Both the position numbers and the translations under genes were made by a program. Positions 1 to 11,804 of a DNA stretch of 64,000 nt are shown here, one piece after another; within the stretch, counting starts at the first letter, position 1; every line of letters begins with the position of its first letter. This stretch comes from Chara braunii (taxonomy: Eukaryota > Plantae > Charophyceae). The stretch lies in assembly GCA_003427395.1 (NCBI GenBank), contig BFEA01000027.1:664673-728672 (forward strand). Direction: 5' to 3'. The notes below the pieces were generated by a model. The model did no database searches. It saw only the letters and a list, made by a program, of their open reading frames with translations, and was not told the origin of the DNA.

Positions 1-87
<87 letters not shown>

Positions 88-92
88 TGTGT
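1..92. repeat. (CT)n-(GT)n compound microsatellite, probably intronic
   Basis: Directly visible; a candidate acceptor tgtgtag lies just downstream, ending at 160. Confidence 0.95.
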
Positions 93-1749
93 GAAGGGCT
101 CATAAACTGTGCATATTCAACTGCGTGCTCATTTCCGTATCGGGTGTGGTGTCTGTGTAGCTGGGAAAGAGACCTCCTCGGGTGCGTCGACGCCAAAGGT
201 GATTGGCAGGGCTGCGACGTTCCATGATAAGTATTGGGCGCTCGATTGGCACCTGGTCATCAAAGTCTCGTATAGCGGCCCGGTCGTTTTCTTGAGAGAT
301 TCCAGCGGGGCTTACTACCCCTGCGGTGGAGTGAAGAATTATGCGTTTGATAAACTGGAGGTTGCTGAGGAGTACATGAGATTTCACGTCACCACTTGCT
401 TCGACGCTGATGGTAACGAGGAACCGGACAACTACAAACAGGTGTCACTACATTTGCAGAAGTTCATCGGGTACGGCATGCGGGCCGCTGCTATGCCTCC
501 TTTTGATAAGTCGCGGAAAAAAGACGGATCGCAGGTTGTGATGCTCCGCCCTTTCGATTTTCTCAAGAGAATTAACTGCCACAAGGTGTCTAGCCATGTG
601 TGCACGGTGGACAACAAATTGGCGCTCTCGGAACCCCTCATACCGTTCGATATTCAACTTGACGAGTTCGCATCGAAGCTTCGGTCTTATAAATTGCAGG
701 CGCTTGGCCAGGCTATTCTACACAGTGCGATCTCTGTTGGGTCGCCGCATGGCGGTGGGGACCCGGGTGCTCGACAAATCAACTCGGTGGGAATTACCGA
801 ACGTGATAAGGTCGTAGAGAAGTCTGAGTCTGTCCAGAAGTCTGATCTCGCGCCACGTTGGCTAACGAATATGGTGTCCAAACGGTTATCGCCGGGTCTG
901 AAGCGATGGCAAGGTCCGACAGAAGTTTCATCTTCACGTCATGATGGTGGCAGGGGAGTTGGCAAGGATCCTGAGAAGACGGAGGACGACTTATCAGCTG
1001 AGCAACCTGTGCTTGAGAGAAATGCTGAAGGGTACGAAGGATATGATGAAGACGAAGACGATCAGTTCACTGTCTACGACGGTGGTGACAGTGACGAACA
1101 GGGAGTCGGGGACGGCAAGGAAGGGGTGGAAGACGAGGACGGAGGGGATGACGATGACGGTGGGGATGACGAGAAAGACGGTGACGACCATCGTGGGCTA
1201 AAAGATGGCGATGACGACGAGGGAACTGGGGTTCGGGGGGCGGAGGACGAAGACAGCTATGAAGCGGGGAGCGAAGGGGAAGAGGACGAAGCCAATGAAT
1301 ACGGAGTGTCTGTCAATGAGCCTCGCAAATACGCCGACAGTCAGAGGCTTCGCTCTAGAGACGAGGACGTCCTCAACACACAGAGATCAGTATGCTCGCG
1401 GAAGAGAAAATCGAGAGCTAGCGGTAATGAGAAGCAGAGGCGAAGATAGTCGAAGTTGATAGGTTTGGCAGCTTCGGAGGAGGCGTATAAGAAGGCATTG
1501 GACGCACTGTCGACAAAGCCGGCGAAGGAAAAACGCGAGCGGCCACGCTCTTCCCAATGACCAAAGAAGAAAGCGAAGACAGACGGTGGAAAGGAAGTTG
1601 CAGACTCTGGGGACGAGGCGGTCGGGGTTGACCCTCGAGATAATATGTCCAAGCCGGAACAGTTGGTGTCGGATGCTATCGACACAACGAGAGGTTTCTT
1701 TCTGGAGTATGATGACGACGACAATGCGATCGACCAGCCTGTTCAGGTG

Positions 1750-2170
1750 TTCGTAGATGTCCGCAAGATTTTGCCGAACCCAGACAACGGGGAATTCCAG
1801 TACAATCACAGACCCCTGAACGAGATGTTGGTCGCCTCCATCAAAGACGCTATGGAACGGCCAGAGAAACAGAAAGAATGGGACAGAAACACCTTTATTC
1901 TGGCTCCTGTTATAGAAGTCACGCGGAACGGGCAGAAACAGTGGCAACGTTTGAAACCCAAGGACTGGAGGGACGAGGATGTCAGTTCGTACCATTGGTA
2001 TGCCGTGGCAGGCCAACACACGGTGGAAGCTGCGAAGAGGTTGGAGACAACGAACTCTCCCTCTGCCAGGAAATGGGGCGTGTGGTCATGGAAAGCGCGT
2101 GCGGTGTACTTCGATGATGACCATCTTGACGGGTATGCCGACATTTTCACATTTGACAACACGAGGGAGA
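1750..2170 (+). other. ParB/sulfiredoxin-fold (DGQHR/DndB-like) domain
   Basis: Ordered motifs VRKILPNP..YNHRPLNEMLVASIKDAM..FILAP..YAVAGQHTVEAAKRL..ARAVYF..FDNTR follow the ParB/Srx N-terminal pattern. The GxHR signature appears as GQHT at 2011-2022. Confidence 0.65.
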
Positions 2171-3239
2171 CTCGATCTATCCCTTCGTCGTTTAGAATGG
2201 TTGTCACCGCAATAAGAGGGTTGTGGGGTCATATGAAATGCCCGAAGGGCGACTGGCATCTCGCGAAAACAAAAGATGACAAGGTGGCGCAGCAGCAGAA
2301 CTATCATGCTTTTCTGCACAAAGCGATACGGATGACACCAGACACTGAGCTCTGGAATCAGTCGCTGAACAACAAATTTGTCCGTAATTGGTCCAACCTC
2401 TTGAGGCCGTTCATGTGCCTTGCCCCCACTGGCAACGCAGTGTGGCAGTTGGTGAACCGGTTCTTCGACATGTGGGAGAAAGGGGAATTGCCTGGGCAGG
2501 ATGGAGTCAGGCCGGTTGATCAAGAGGGGAGGCCACGCGAGGCGTCCGGTGCAGGTCCAGCTGCCAAAACAGTGAAACGGAAAAAGGAACTGGTGCACTA
2601 CGTGCAGTCGAACAAAAGTCCAAATGGGTACTATGTGTGTGTTCATGATCCTCCGGCGAGCGCTTGGAAAGTGTTCGGGGATTTCACTGCTAGGGAGAAG
2701 GAGATGGCATTGGATTTGATTTTGGCAGGGAAGGTCGTTGTCACCACCGGCAGGAGTTTCGCCAAGAAACTGATAACATGAACGACCTCTACACAGAAGT
2801 GCGCAGGGAGAGATACATGGTGCGCATGTTCAAGTACGTGCTCTTCAAGTCGGAACGCAGGGGACAGCGTGAGTGGAATGACGATTTCTTCATCGGGTAT
2901 GATGATATTATGAAGAGGTTTGAGCCGCACGGGTTGACGAAAGAGAAATGGGAGAAGAAGAAGATGAAACTTCCAGTTGAGATAACGAACAACGTGCCGA
3001 AACGACTGGGGGGGGTGGATGAGGGAAAGTTGGGACAGGGTAATGTGGGGGGGTACAAGGTGATGATTGAAATGTATATCGAGTGCCCGTACTTCATCAA
3101 ACTGTTCCTGCATGAGATAGTGGGAGCGGTGAGCCAGTTGAAGGACGAGCTTCAGCGCGTCAACGCAAATGCACAGCATATACTGTGGGATAAGGGGAAG
3201 TGTAATACAACGTATTTGCCTGTGTGCATGGCGCCGTTG

Positions 3240-3925
3240 GATGGGCTGCAACCGACAGAGGATCTGACTCATGCTGTGAAGAAATTGAGTTGTCACCTTG
3301 CGGTGCTGGACCTGGCTCCCCACAAGAATCTGGATTCATGGACGGAGCAGAGGTTTGTGGAACTTCAACAAATGATGATGACTCTGTGTGGGACATATTG
3401 GACACTCATCATTTTCAGTGGATTGAAGGGCGAGGACTACATTCTAAGAAACATCTTCAGGTGGGGGTGTGTGAAAGTTCTTCCGGGCCGCTGGCGACGG
3501 CATCATGGCACGCAACCATCCTCATGTGTCCCCCTTGGGAATCTTCCATTGAGGAGCCGCAACTCAATGACGATTTGTGTTGCACGACACGGGCAATGAC
3601 TTCAAAAAAGTCATTGTCCCGTCCAAACATGATAATGTGTTTTTTGACACTAACTACGAGAAGGATATATTCGTCCGTTGCACACAACAGCACATCGGCG
3701 TGGTCGGCGAAGACAAAGCTGTTTATGGGGTCTGGGAGAGACAACCAACAAGAATGAAGGAGTTGTGTTCATGGTTTTCGAAGGAGGAGGATGGTGTGCT
3801 TCTTCTGGGCAACGTCCAATCCGGGTCAGTTTGGGACTTGCTTCGATCTGACCGTCATGTGGTGGCATGTGACGGCTCTACCACCATGCTCGAATATTGT
3901 TCGGCGTTTATTGATCGCCTCGTCC
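3240..3925 (+). other. Beta-class N4C/N6A DNA methyltransferase-like fold with degenerate catalytic motifs
   Basis: CHLAVLDLAP sits at the motif IV DPPY position (3309-3320), followed by WTEQRF..LCGTYWTLIIF and GRWRR. Then ERQPTRMKELCSWFSKEEDGVLLLGNVQSGSVWDLLRSDRHVVACD..EYC..IDRL parallels KP.L...li..fS..gd.VLDPF.GSG......gR..ig.E. The motif order is that of beta-class MTases. Confidence 0.6.
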
Positions 3926-6039
3926 ATAATCCCGAAAGTCGTTGTCACTTCGAACGGCCCAAAACCCAGCATCGACCAGATCGAGACATGTTCCTGAAAC
4001 TCGGGAAGAAGAGAGAATTTTTATGGAAGTACTTGTTCTGCAATGCTCCTTACACACGAACAGAGACTGATTACGTTGCGCGAAAAGTCGTCGCTCTCCA
4101 ACACCTCCAGCGGTACCACGACGCCAAGATTGGTGTAATCGAGATATTTTTGGCACGTTGCGAGGACCTGTGGTTCGACAAAAAGATGCGCCGCATCGAC
4201 GCAAGGATTTATAACGAAGCGTTGGAGCCTGAAGACCGTTTCGATATAATGGACAGTAAGGAGGATACCGATGATGACGAGATCGACCTGTCGCTGCCTG
4301 ATGCAAGAAACCACGCAGCTGACAAGAACATGCGCACCGGGTCCTTATTGGGGGGGCACCCGGTGGTGGTTGAAGTCGGGGGACCGACAATGGCCAGCTG
4401 CAAGACCGCCCAACTCACACACACGTAGACGTCATCCGCAGGAGATGGTACCGAGGCCAGCACTTCGAAATGGAAAGACAAGAAAGGCGCCCCAGGGTTT
4501 CCAACGTTGATGCGGCAAATGTTCGACCAAGTCATGGAAATGCCAACACAGAACCAAAATCGTGGTCAAGATGACGACGCGGGGCCTGAGGAGGATGACA
4601 TGTGTCTGGAGGACAATCCGCTGTTCCATATTTCAGACGACGAGGACAAAGATCTAACTCCTGGAGATGAAATCGAAAGTCACATGAAGGAGAGCAAAGG
4701 AGGACCTCACTTTTTGGACACCAAGTTCACAAAGACTGAGGTGTACAAATGGGGCCATCACATCATATGGCATCCGGGTGTTTTTTAGCCATGTATGTTT
4801 GATGGCAAATGGCACATGGTTGTCCGAGTCAGAGGGAAGTAGATATTCAAGAAGAGACTGAGCAGGAGTAAGTTCCTTGAGACTGCAAAGGAACAGTTAT
4901 TGTTGCGCGTGTTGCAGGCAAACAAGGGTGCAGGAGAGCAAGATATCAGCAAAAAGGTGAACTCCGTATTTGAAGCGCTGCTTCAAAACAATCTTCTGGA
5001 GTATTGCGCTGCTTTCTATGAGAGAAAATCGAGCCCTTCACAAGGACAGATTAGATGGCCATTGGAGTGTCGCCAGACGGAACAATTGTACGACAGTGAC
5101 ATATTGGTGGGGTGCACTCAAGCCATGGAAGAGAATATCCGAAACGGGTCTAGACAAGGAGCCGTTAAGACGAGTGTTGCTGAAAAGGAAGGGCATGAGA
5201 GGAAGGACGTCGAATGTAAAAAACAGGGAACTCATGAGGCATCAGTTGATGAGCTACTAAAAATGCCGTTTTCTGAGGGCGTTGGTGCGGTGCCAGGGGA
5301 AAAGACGGCAGGTCCGGGATGTGGTGGGGAAGAGGCAGGAAATACAAAGGAACAGGGGGAAAAGGAGGCCACAACCGACGAAGATGCGGGAGATGCCGGG
5401 GATGGGGGTGCCCAGCGGGTGCCCAGTGGACTCGGAGACCCGTTTTCGGCAGCCAACACAGGCATGTCGTCACATGGAGGACGAAGTGGGGGGAAGCACG
5501 ATGCGGGAGATGCACTGGTATTTGGAGGAGCAAGCCCTCGGGACACTACCGAGCCTTTTGCTGATAACAGAGATGAGGGGGACAAACTTCTGCACATGGT
5601 ATGCACTAGCTCTGGCTCGCAGATAGCCCCCGACTTGATGGAGAGGGAAGAAGGTGGTGGCATGGAGGGAGTTCGTATGACACATGGTCGTGAAGTGGAA
5701 AATGATGATGAGGAAGTTGACAAGGATGCAAACCTCGAACACAACATGGACGTGGACAGCGAGGATGGATTGGGAAAGGAAGCTTCCTGCCGTGGCAGAT
5801 CGGGCGGTAGCAGTTCGAACGTGATCAACTTAATCGAGCAATCAGGTGAGAACGGAGGAAAGTCACACAGTGAAGGAAGATCGTTGTCATCAGCCGAGCC
5901 AACACAAATGGACCATGCTTTGCATGATGGGGCTGAGGGGAGGTGCAGTCTGAAGCGTGAAACAAGAGAGGTAAAAAGAGGAATGTGGTATGCGGCGCTC
6001 AAAGAGAGGCAGGGAGAAGAAAGCAGCATAGTGCACACG

Positions 6040-6183
6040 CATGTGCATGTGTGTATGTCTTGCAGTGACGTGTGTGTGTGTGTGTATGTGTGTGTGTGTG
6101 TGTGTGTGTATGTGCATATGCATATGTTGTGAGCGTATATGTGTGTGTGTGTGAATGTTTCGTGTGTGTGTCTCTATGTGTGC

Positions 6184-6248
<65 letters not shown>

Positions 6249-6460
6249 AGAGAGTGTGTGTATGTGTTTGTGCATGAGCATTCAAGAGGTTCGGTTGCCG
6301 GTGCTGAATGGAATGTTCCTAAGTTACATTTATCATTCGATGACGTCGATCGATAAAAGGTGTTGGAAGTTGTGAAACATTCCATTCAGTTTTCCAATGA
6401 ACCGTTTGAGGAGGACATTTTATTAATTAAGTAATATTTTAATGGGAAAAGGATGGTGGT

Positions 6461-6493
<33 letters not shown>

Positions 6494-6885
6494 NNNNNNN
6501 NNNNNNNNNNNNNNNNNNNNNNNNNNNNNNNNNNNNNNNNNNNNNNNNNNNNNNNNNNNNNNNNNNNNNNNNNNNNNNNNNNNNNNNNNNNNNNNNNNNN
6601 NNNNNNNNNNNNNNNNNNNNNNNNNNNNNNNNNNNNNNNNNNNNNNNNNNNNNNNNNNNNNNNNNNNNNNNNNNNNNNNNNNNNNNNNNNNNNNNNNNNN
6701 NNNNNNNNNNNNNNNNNNNNNNNNNNNNNNNNNNNNNNNNNNNNNNNNNNNNNNNNNNNNNNNNNNNNNNNNNNNNNNNNNNNNNNNNNNNNNNNNNNNN
6801 NNNNNNNNNNNNNNNNNNNNNNNNNNNNNNNNNNNNNNNNNNNNNNNNNNNNNNNNNNNNNNNNNNNNNNNNNNNNNNNNNNNNN

Positions 6886-6958
<73 letters not shown>
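6040..6958. repeat. (TG)n, (CT)n and (CA)n microsatellites with an N gap (6494-6885); likely intron
   Basis: Directly visible. Confidence 0.9.
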
Positions 6959-6959
<1 letters not shown>

Positions 6960-6963
<4 letters not shown>

Positions 6964-7890
6964 GACGCTAAAGTGCAACATACAATTACGGAGTGTTCGA
7001 CAAACACGGTTATAATGGATGTAGTGCAAACAGACATTAACAACAAACAGTTCAAATTGTTGTTCGGTGATGCAGTTAACCAGTGTAATGAAGGCGAACG
7101 GAGCTGTGTACATGGCTGGACTATTCACTTAGCAACGGATGCTCTCAATGAGACCGAAGAAGAGGCATTACTTCACATGAGTATAGAGCTGAATAATACG
7201 AAAACATTGACAAGCACGAAGAATGAAGCTACAGGAGAGCAGTTGTTATTCACCGTGCATGATTTCAGCGTCCTCATCAACGAGAACGAGTGGTTGAACG
7301 ACAACATTGTGAATTTCTACATGAAAATGATTCTGCATGACAACAATTGCAGAACATTTCATCACGAATGTGACAATCAGTTTGACAAGTCCAATCTATG
7401 TAGCACGAGGACGATCCCCATCTCAGCTGCATATAGCTCATACTTTTTCACTAAACTTCTAGGCAGGAACATGGAATATAAGTACGACAAAGTTGCTAGA
7501 TGGTTTCGAGATGTCATCATAGCAGACACGGAATTGATTCTAGCGCCATATTATGATACGAAAAAGAAACACTGGACACTTGTTGCGGCCGACCGTCGAC
7601 GAAATGTGATAGACTATTACGATTCAATGGATACAAACACGAAGTTAGCTGAACAGGTGACAGGCTATTTCGCGCGATTTTTACTAGAGCGCTCAACGCA
7701 CCAGGGCCGACCAATAGACGTATCGTGCTTCGAACACACTTTGGAAGTGAAGGGCATTCCGAAACAGAAGGACGCAAGTCAGTGCGGAGTGTTCATGCTC
7801 ACTTATGCATCTCTTCTAGCGAGAGGCAAGGTGCCACCATTCAATTTCACAATGGACGACATACAGAGCATTAGACGAAGATCGCAATAG
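6960..7890 (+). CDS. Ulp1/SENP-family SUMO protease (peptidase C48) domain, terminal exon; 5' boundary uncertain
   Basis: WLNDNIVNFYM, SSYFF, ILAPYY..KHWTLV (His 7570), YYDSM (Asp 7621), PKQKDASQCGVFML (Cys 7783), FNFTMDDIQSIRRR. The His-Asp-Cys triad and oxyanion Gln are intact. Confidence 0.9.
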
Positions 7891-8145
7891 ACTCAATAGC
7901 TTCATGATTTGCAAATTTGCAATTGCATCGTATTCGTTTAGTGTTGTCGTAACTGGTAACAGTTCAGAGCCTTCGATAGGTTGTGGGTATCCTCTCATAT
8001 TATTATACACCGAAGAAAACTGAGAGGAATTGGAAATCATTTAAAGAAATTCAGGAAAGACATTGGCATAACTTCATTTGGACTCACATTGCTCGTTGAT
8101 GATGTATGTTGTATGATGGACTCGTACGGTAGAGGATATAAGGGA

Positions 8146-8428
8146 CCATAGTTGTCGTGTATGGTCTTTTTCTTATGGGATATAGTATACTAAGAACATG
8201 TGATGGTAGCCATCACTACAAAGAAGGAAGTCACTCAAACATAAGTGTGGTTGTGAACTGGGGGTACCATATAATGATGTATGTTATATGATGGACTCTT
8301 ACGATACAGGATATACCATACCATAGTTGTGGTGCATGGTCTGTGGTAGATGATCCTACCATCTAATGGGATATGGTATACCATCACAATGCGATGGTAG
8401 CCATTACTGCAAAGAAGGAAGTCACTCA
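8146..8428 (+). repeat. Imperfect direct duplication (~90-105 bp units)
   Basis: ccatagttgt..tgggatat.gtatac..gatggtagccat.act.caaagaaggaagtcactca occurs at 8146-8237 and 8321-8428. Confidence 0.8.
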
Positions 8429-10258
8429 TTTCCACACAAAAGCATAGACGAAATTGTCAGAGTTCAATTTCGCGAAAATAGTAAAAAATGTTAATTTTAA
8501 CGAAATATTAGTTAAGAAAATAAGCTCACATGCGCCAGACTTGCTTTCCCTGTTTGAACACACCCTACCTCGCACTTGTTCCCCTCTCTGATTGGCACGT
8601 CGACCCCCCCTTCCCCTTTTAATAGGAAGCTTGACGATGCGCTAACTGGCAAGCGCGTCGCTCTTTGCTCCGTAAGTGACAGGAAAACTCGTTGGTTGGC
8701 CAATCGGCGAAGGTCATACCCCCCCCTTTTCGTTGATGGAGAGAAAGCTCGATTAGGCACCCCCCCCCCCAATAGTAATGTCGTCGACCCGCCGGGAGCG
8801 GGAAAGCTCGATTGGTCAGTTTTCAACAGTAATGTTTCTGGCTCGTCTGCGGGCTGCGGATGACTGCTACTTTTCGTCAGAGCTCACCAAATGTACTATG
8901 CGCAGTCCCTCTCTCGAAGGTTGTGAGAACTCTGACTTTAGCGGGCGGCTTAGTCTGGACTACCTATTCGAAATTCTCTTTCCGAATGGTTTCCCCAATT
9001 CCCTCCTTCACGCTCTCTATTCCTCACTTCGCGTCTTCTCGTTCTCACATTCCCTCACCGTGTACCTTCTCCCCTCCATTCGCTGTGCAGTCTCCCTTCC
9101 TCGCCACAGTCTCTCTCTCTCTCTCTCAGTCTCCCTCTCTCCCCCTCTCTCATGCGCCTAGGACTGCGCGAGCAGCTCCGACGCTGTTGCTCGCTTGCAC
9201 CTGTTGCGCTGTCACTCGCGCAGACCTGCTCTCCTCTGCCTGCGCGCAGCTCCTTTCGCGAATGAGAATCAACTTCTCAGCGTTCCCTCTAGATCCTGCT
9301 ACAGGAAAGAACTCGCTAGAACATGGCGTGTTGCCTCAGTATGTGTAACGGTATGAACTTCCGGTTAAAACATGGCCAGATACTCCCTCTCCGAATGATC
9401 CTCCCGCTGTAACAAAGCCAGATGCACGCGCCTTCACAAGGTGGCCAGGTGCTCCCTTACGATAATTTTCGAATGATCTTCTTGCCAGAACCACGCCAGA
9501 TACACCCGCCACACGAAGCGAGCAAAATGGGTATGAACTGCTGCAGTTAACCCTTCATCGTCTTCCTCAGCGGCTCGTTTCTCCCTTCCTGCGCTCAGTT
9601 GCTATAATGGCAGAGAACACCTTGCATGCTCTCAAGACTTCCCCCGTTCCCATCTCCTGTAACCGCCTATCCCCTGCTTCCCGTTGACCTCATCGGAATA
9701 AGCGACGTGGGCGGGTACACCTTGCATGCTGCGAGAGACCGCCCCCGTCTGACCGTTACTCCCTTCGAGTTGTGCCAGTGTGCGGGTACACCTTGCACAC
9801 ACCGAATTCTCCCCCTCTCAGTCCCACTCGTGGCCTATATCTGTGCGTGACAGCCGCAACACAAGTACCGTAGATTTCCTCTGCTTGTCGCGCCACGTTG
9901 GCCTGGAATAGAAACTGGCCCCGTCTGTCCCAGCGGTACCAGCCATTAGACCTGCAAATGGTGAAAGTTCAGATCCGGGAACTAGGCCAGATTGGAGCCC
10001 ATACACCATTGCACCCGCACTGTAGCTGCCCCATCCCAGCACGTCCCGATTCAGCAGTCGAAATTCCCACTCCGTGCGGCCATTGTACTTCACGAAAACC
10101 ATGTCGTCTCAGTTGCCTACCGCAGGTTCCACCGCAGCCGTCCCGGGTCAGTTGTGACTGCACCGCACCTGTTCCAAGCTAGTGCACCCGAAGGTGCCAT
10201 GCAGTCGCTCAGATGTGCCACTGTACTATATTAGATAGCTGAATTGCCATCATACTGT

Positions 10259-10710
10259 CTCGAGCCTGAAATAAACGTCATGTCAATGCCGAGCCTGAAG
10301 TAAATCACCGTGACGGCACCAACCCCGAAGTAAATCATCCCAGTACGAGGTCGCACATGCCCACACTGAATACCGTAGGGCGCCGCCTTACCTGGGTAAC
10401 GCCAAACCTGCCCTAGACCTGAAGTAAGCAGTCGTAACGGTGCCGGAGCTGAAATACGCCGCCATGGTAGTGCCGAACCTGAAATGATTCACTGTGTCGA
10501 CGCCGCGCCTGAAGTAAATATCCATGATGATTGATATGAAAATAACCCACGGTGATAGTCCCGAACCCGATATAAAACGCCGTAATGTTTCCGGACCTGA
10601 AAACATACTGCCGCCAAGGTTCCAAACCTGGAATAACTGTCGTCGTGGCCCTGGTCCTGAGAATAATTCACCGCATCTGTCCCAAACCTGAAAATGAGTC
10701 ACCGTAATGA
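10259..10710 (+). repeat. Phased ~30-bp repeat array: conserved core ccgarCCTGAArtaa with variable spacers, about 13 units
   Basis: Core starts at 10265, 10294, 10324, 10418, 10448, 10478, 10508, ~10536, 10566, 10596, 10627, 10656 and 10687. Confidence 0.8.
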
Positions 10711-11804
10711 AACAGTTGTCATCGGGCCCATACCGAACCGGAAGCACGTCAGACACAGTAGGACGCGGCCACTCCATAACAATACCGAACCTCTTCGAAC
10801 CATGTATCCGTACCGAGCCACATACCATACTGTCGACCCAAGGTAGCACCACCCCATGCAGTCCATGCGACTCCCGCTCTCAGAACATCCCAACTGCGGT
10901 GATGTTAGTAATCAAGTAGATCAGGGAACGTGACGCAGGGAACCTCGACCATTTGCAGTAGCGAGAACTGTTAGAATCCGGGGAAAATGATCAATCCGAG
11001 GTCAGAGCTGATGGCGGGTGATCGAGGCGAAATTAGGCCAATCTCCCAATAGTCATGGGTTTCGGTCCCTTTCATCGTTTTTAATTGTTTTTCCTTTTTC
11101 TTAATTCTATTGTCGGAACTAGTAATTTTACCGTAAATTCCCCAAAATTAAATTCCGAGAAAGTTTAAATAAATGGCCGAATTCCTTTTGTTTCTTTTTC
11201 CTTTTACCATTTTTAATCTTTTTCTATGTTTTTTTAATTTCATTGTCGGGAACATAAAATAACAAGGGTATTCCCCCTAGGATTAAATGCCGTGAAAAAA
11301 TTAAGAAATTAAAGGATATTATGTTTTTTTCTTCTCCCCTACTGGTCTTAATCTTTTTTCCTCATTTTTAATTATGGTACTAAAATAGACGAAAATTTGA
11401 GGCCTCATTTCGGCCCCGGTCGTATGCTGCAAAAAACGTCGCGGCGAGGTCAGTTCCCTCGATGCCTCTCCGCGGCAGGCCAATCCGGGTCTAACCCTCT
11501 GAATGGCCAGAAATAACGGTCCCTGAGTGCGGCCACTCATTTCGCCATCTTTGAGGATTACTCGTAAGGTTTAGTGCGCCCAGATTCAGGGGTATCCAAA
11601 GTTCCCCTAATTTTTGTTGCCTGTTCAAACAAAGTACCGTCAAAACACGGACTTGTCTCTGAGCCTAGGTCCCAAAGCCGCAAATTTCAGGCGGCGTACT
11701 GTTTGTGGCCAGCTGAGAACGTCATATTCTCTGATTTCCTTCGTGCGGATGATCACACGAGTTGATGGGGACTAAGTCGATTTGTTTGTGAATGGTGGAT
11801 GTGT

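Larger units (their letters stand above)
161..5987 (+). pseudogene. Disrupted ~1,950-aa multidomain protein: unknown domain, acidic linker, ParB/Srx-like domain, degenerate N4/N6 DNA-methyltransferase fold, second unknown domain, low-complexity tail; probable TE cargo
   Basis: ORFs 109-1449, 1645-2781, 3577-4428, 4507-4788 and 4900-6132 share one frame. They read through single stops at 1447 (TAG), 1558 (TGA), 4426, 4786 and 4840 (TAG). ORF 2778-3599 is bridged by compensating frameshifts near 2775 and 3575. Candidate acceptor at 160 and donors at 5971 or 5988. Confidence 0.7.

Noticed and set aside
6072-7128. ORFs rich in CV/HT/ER/LS dipeptides (also at 24.6, 39.7, 41.5 and 49.3 kb)
   Set aside because: These are translations of dinucleotide microsatellites and N gaps.
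10259-10710. CRISPR array
   Set aside because: The cores are only ~13 bp and degenerate, the spacers ~17 bp, there are no cas genes, and the context is eukaryotic. Kept as a phased repeat array.
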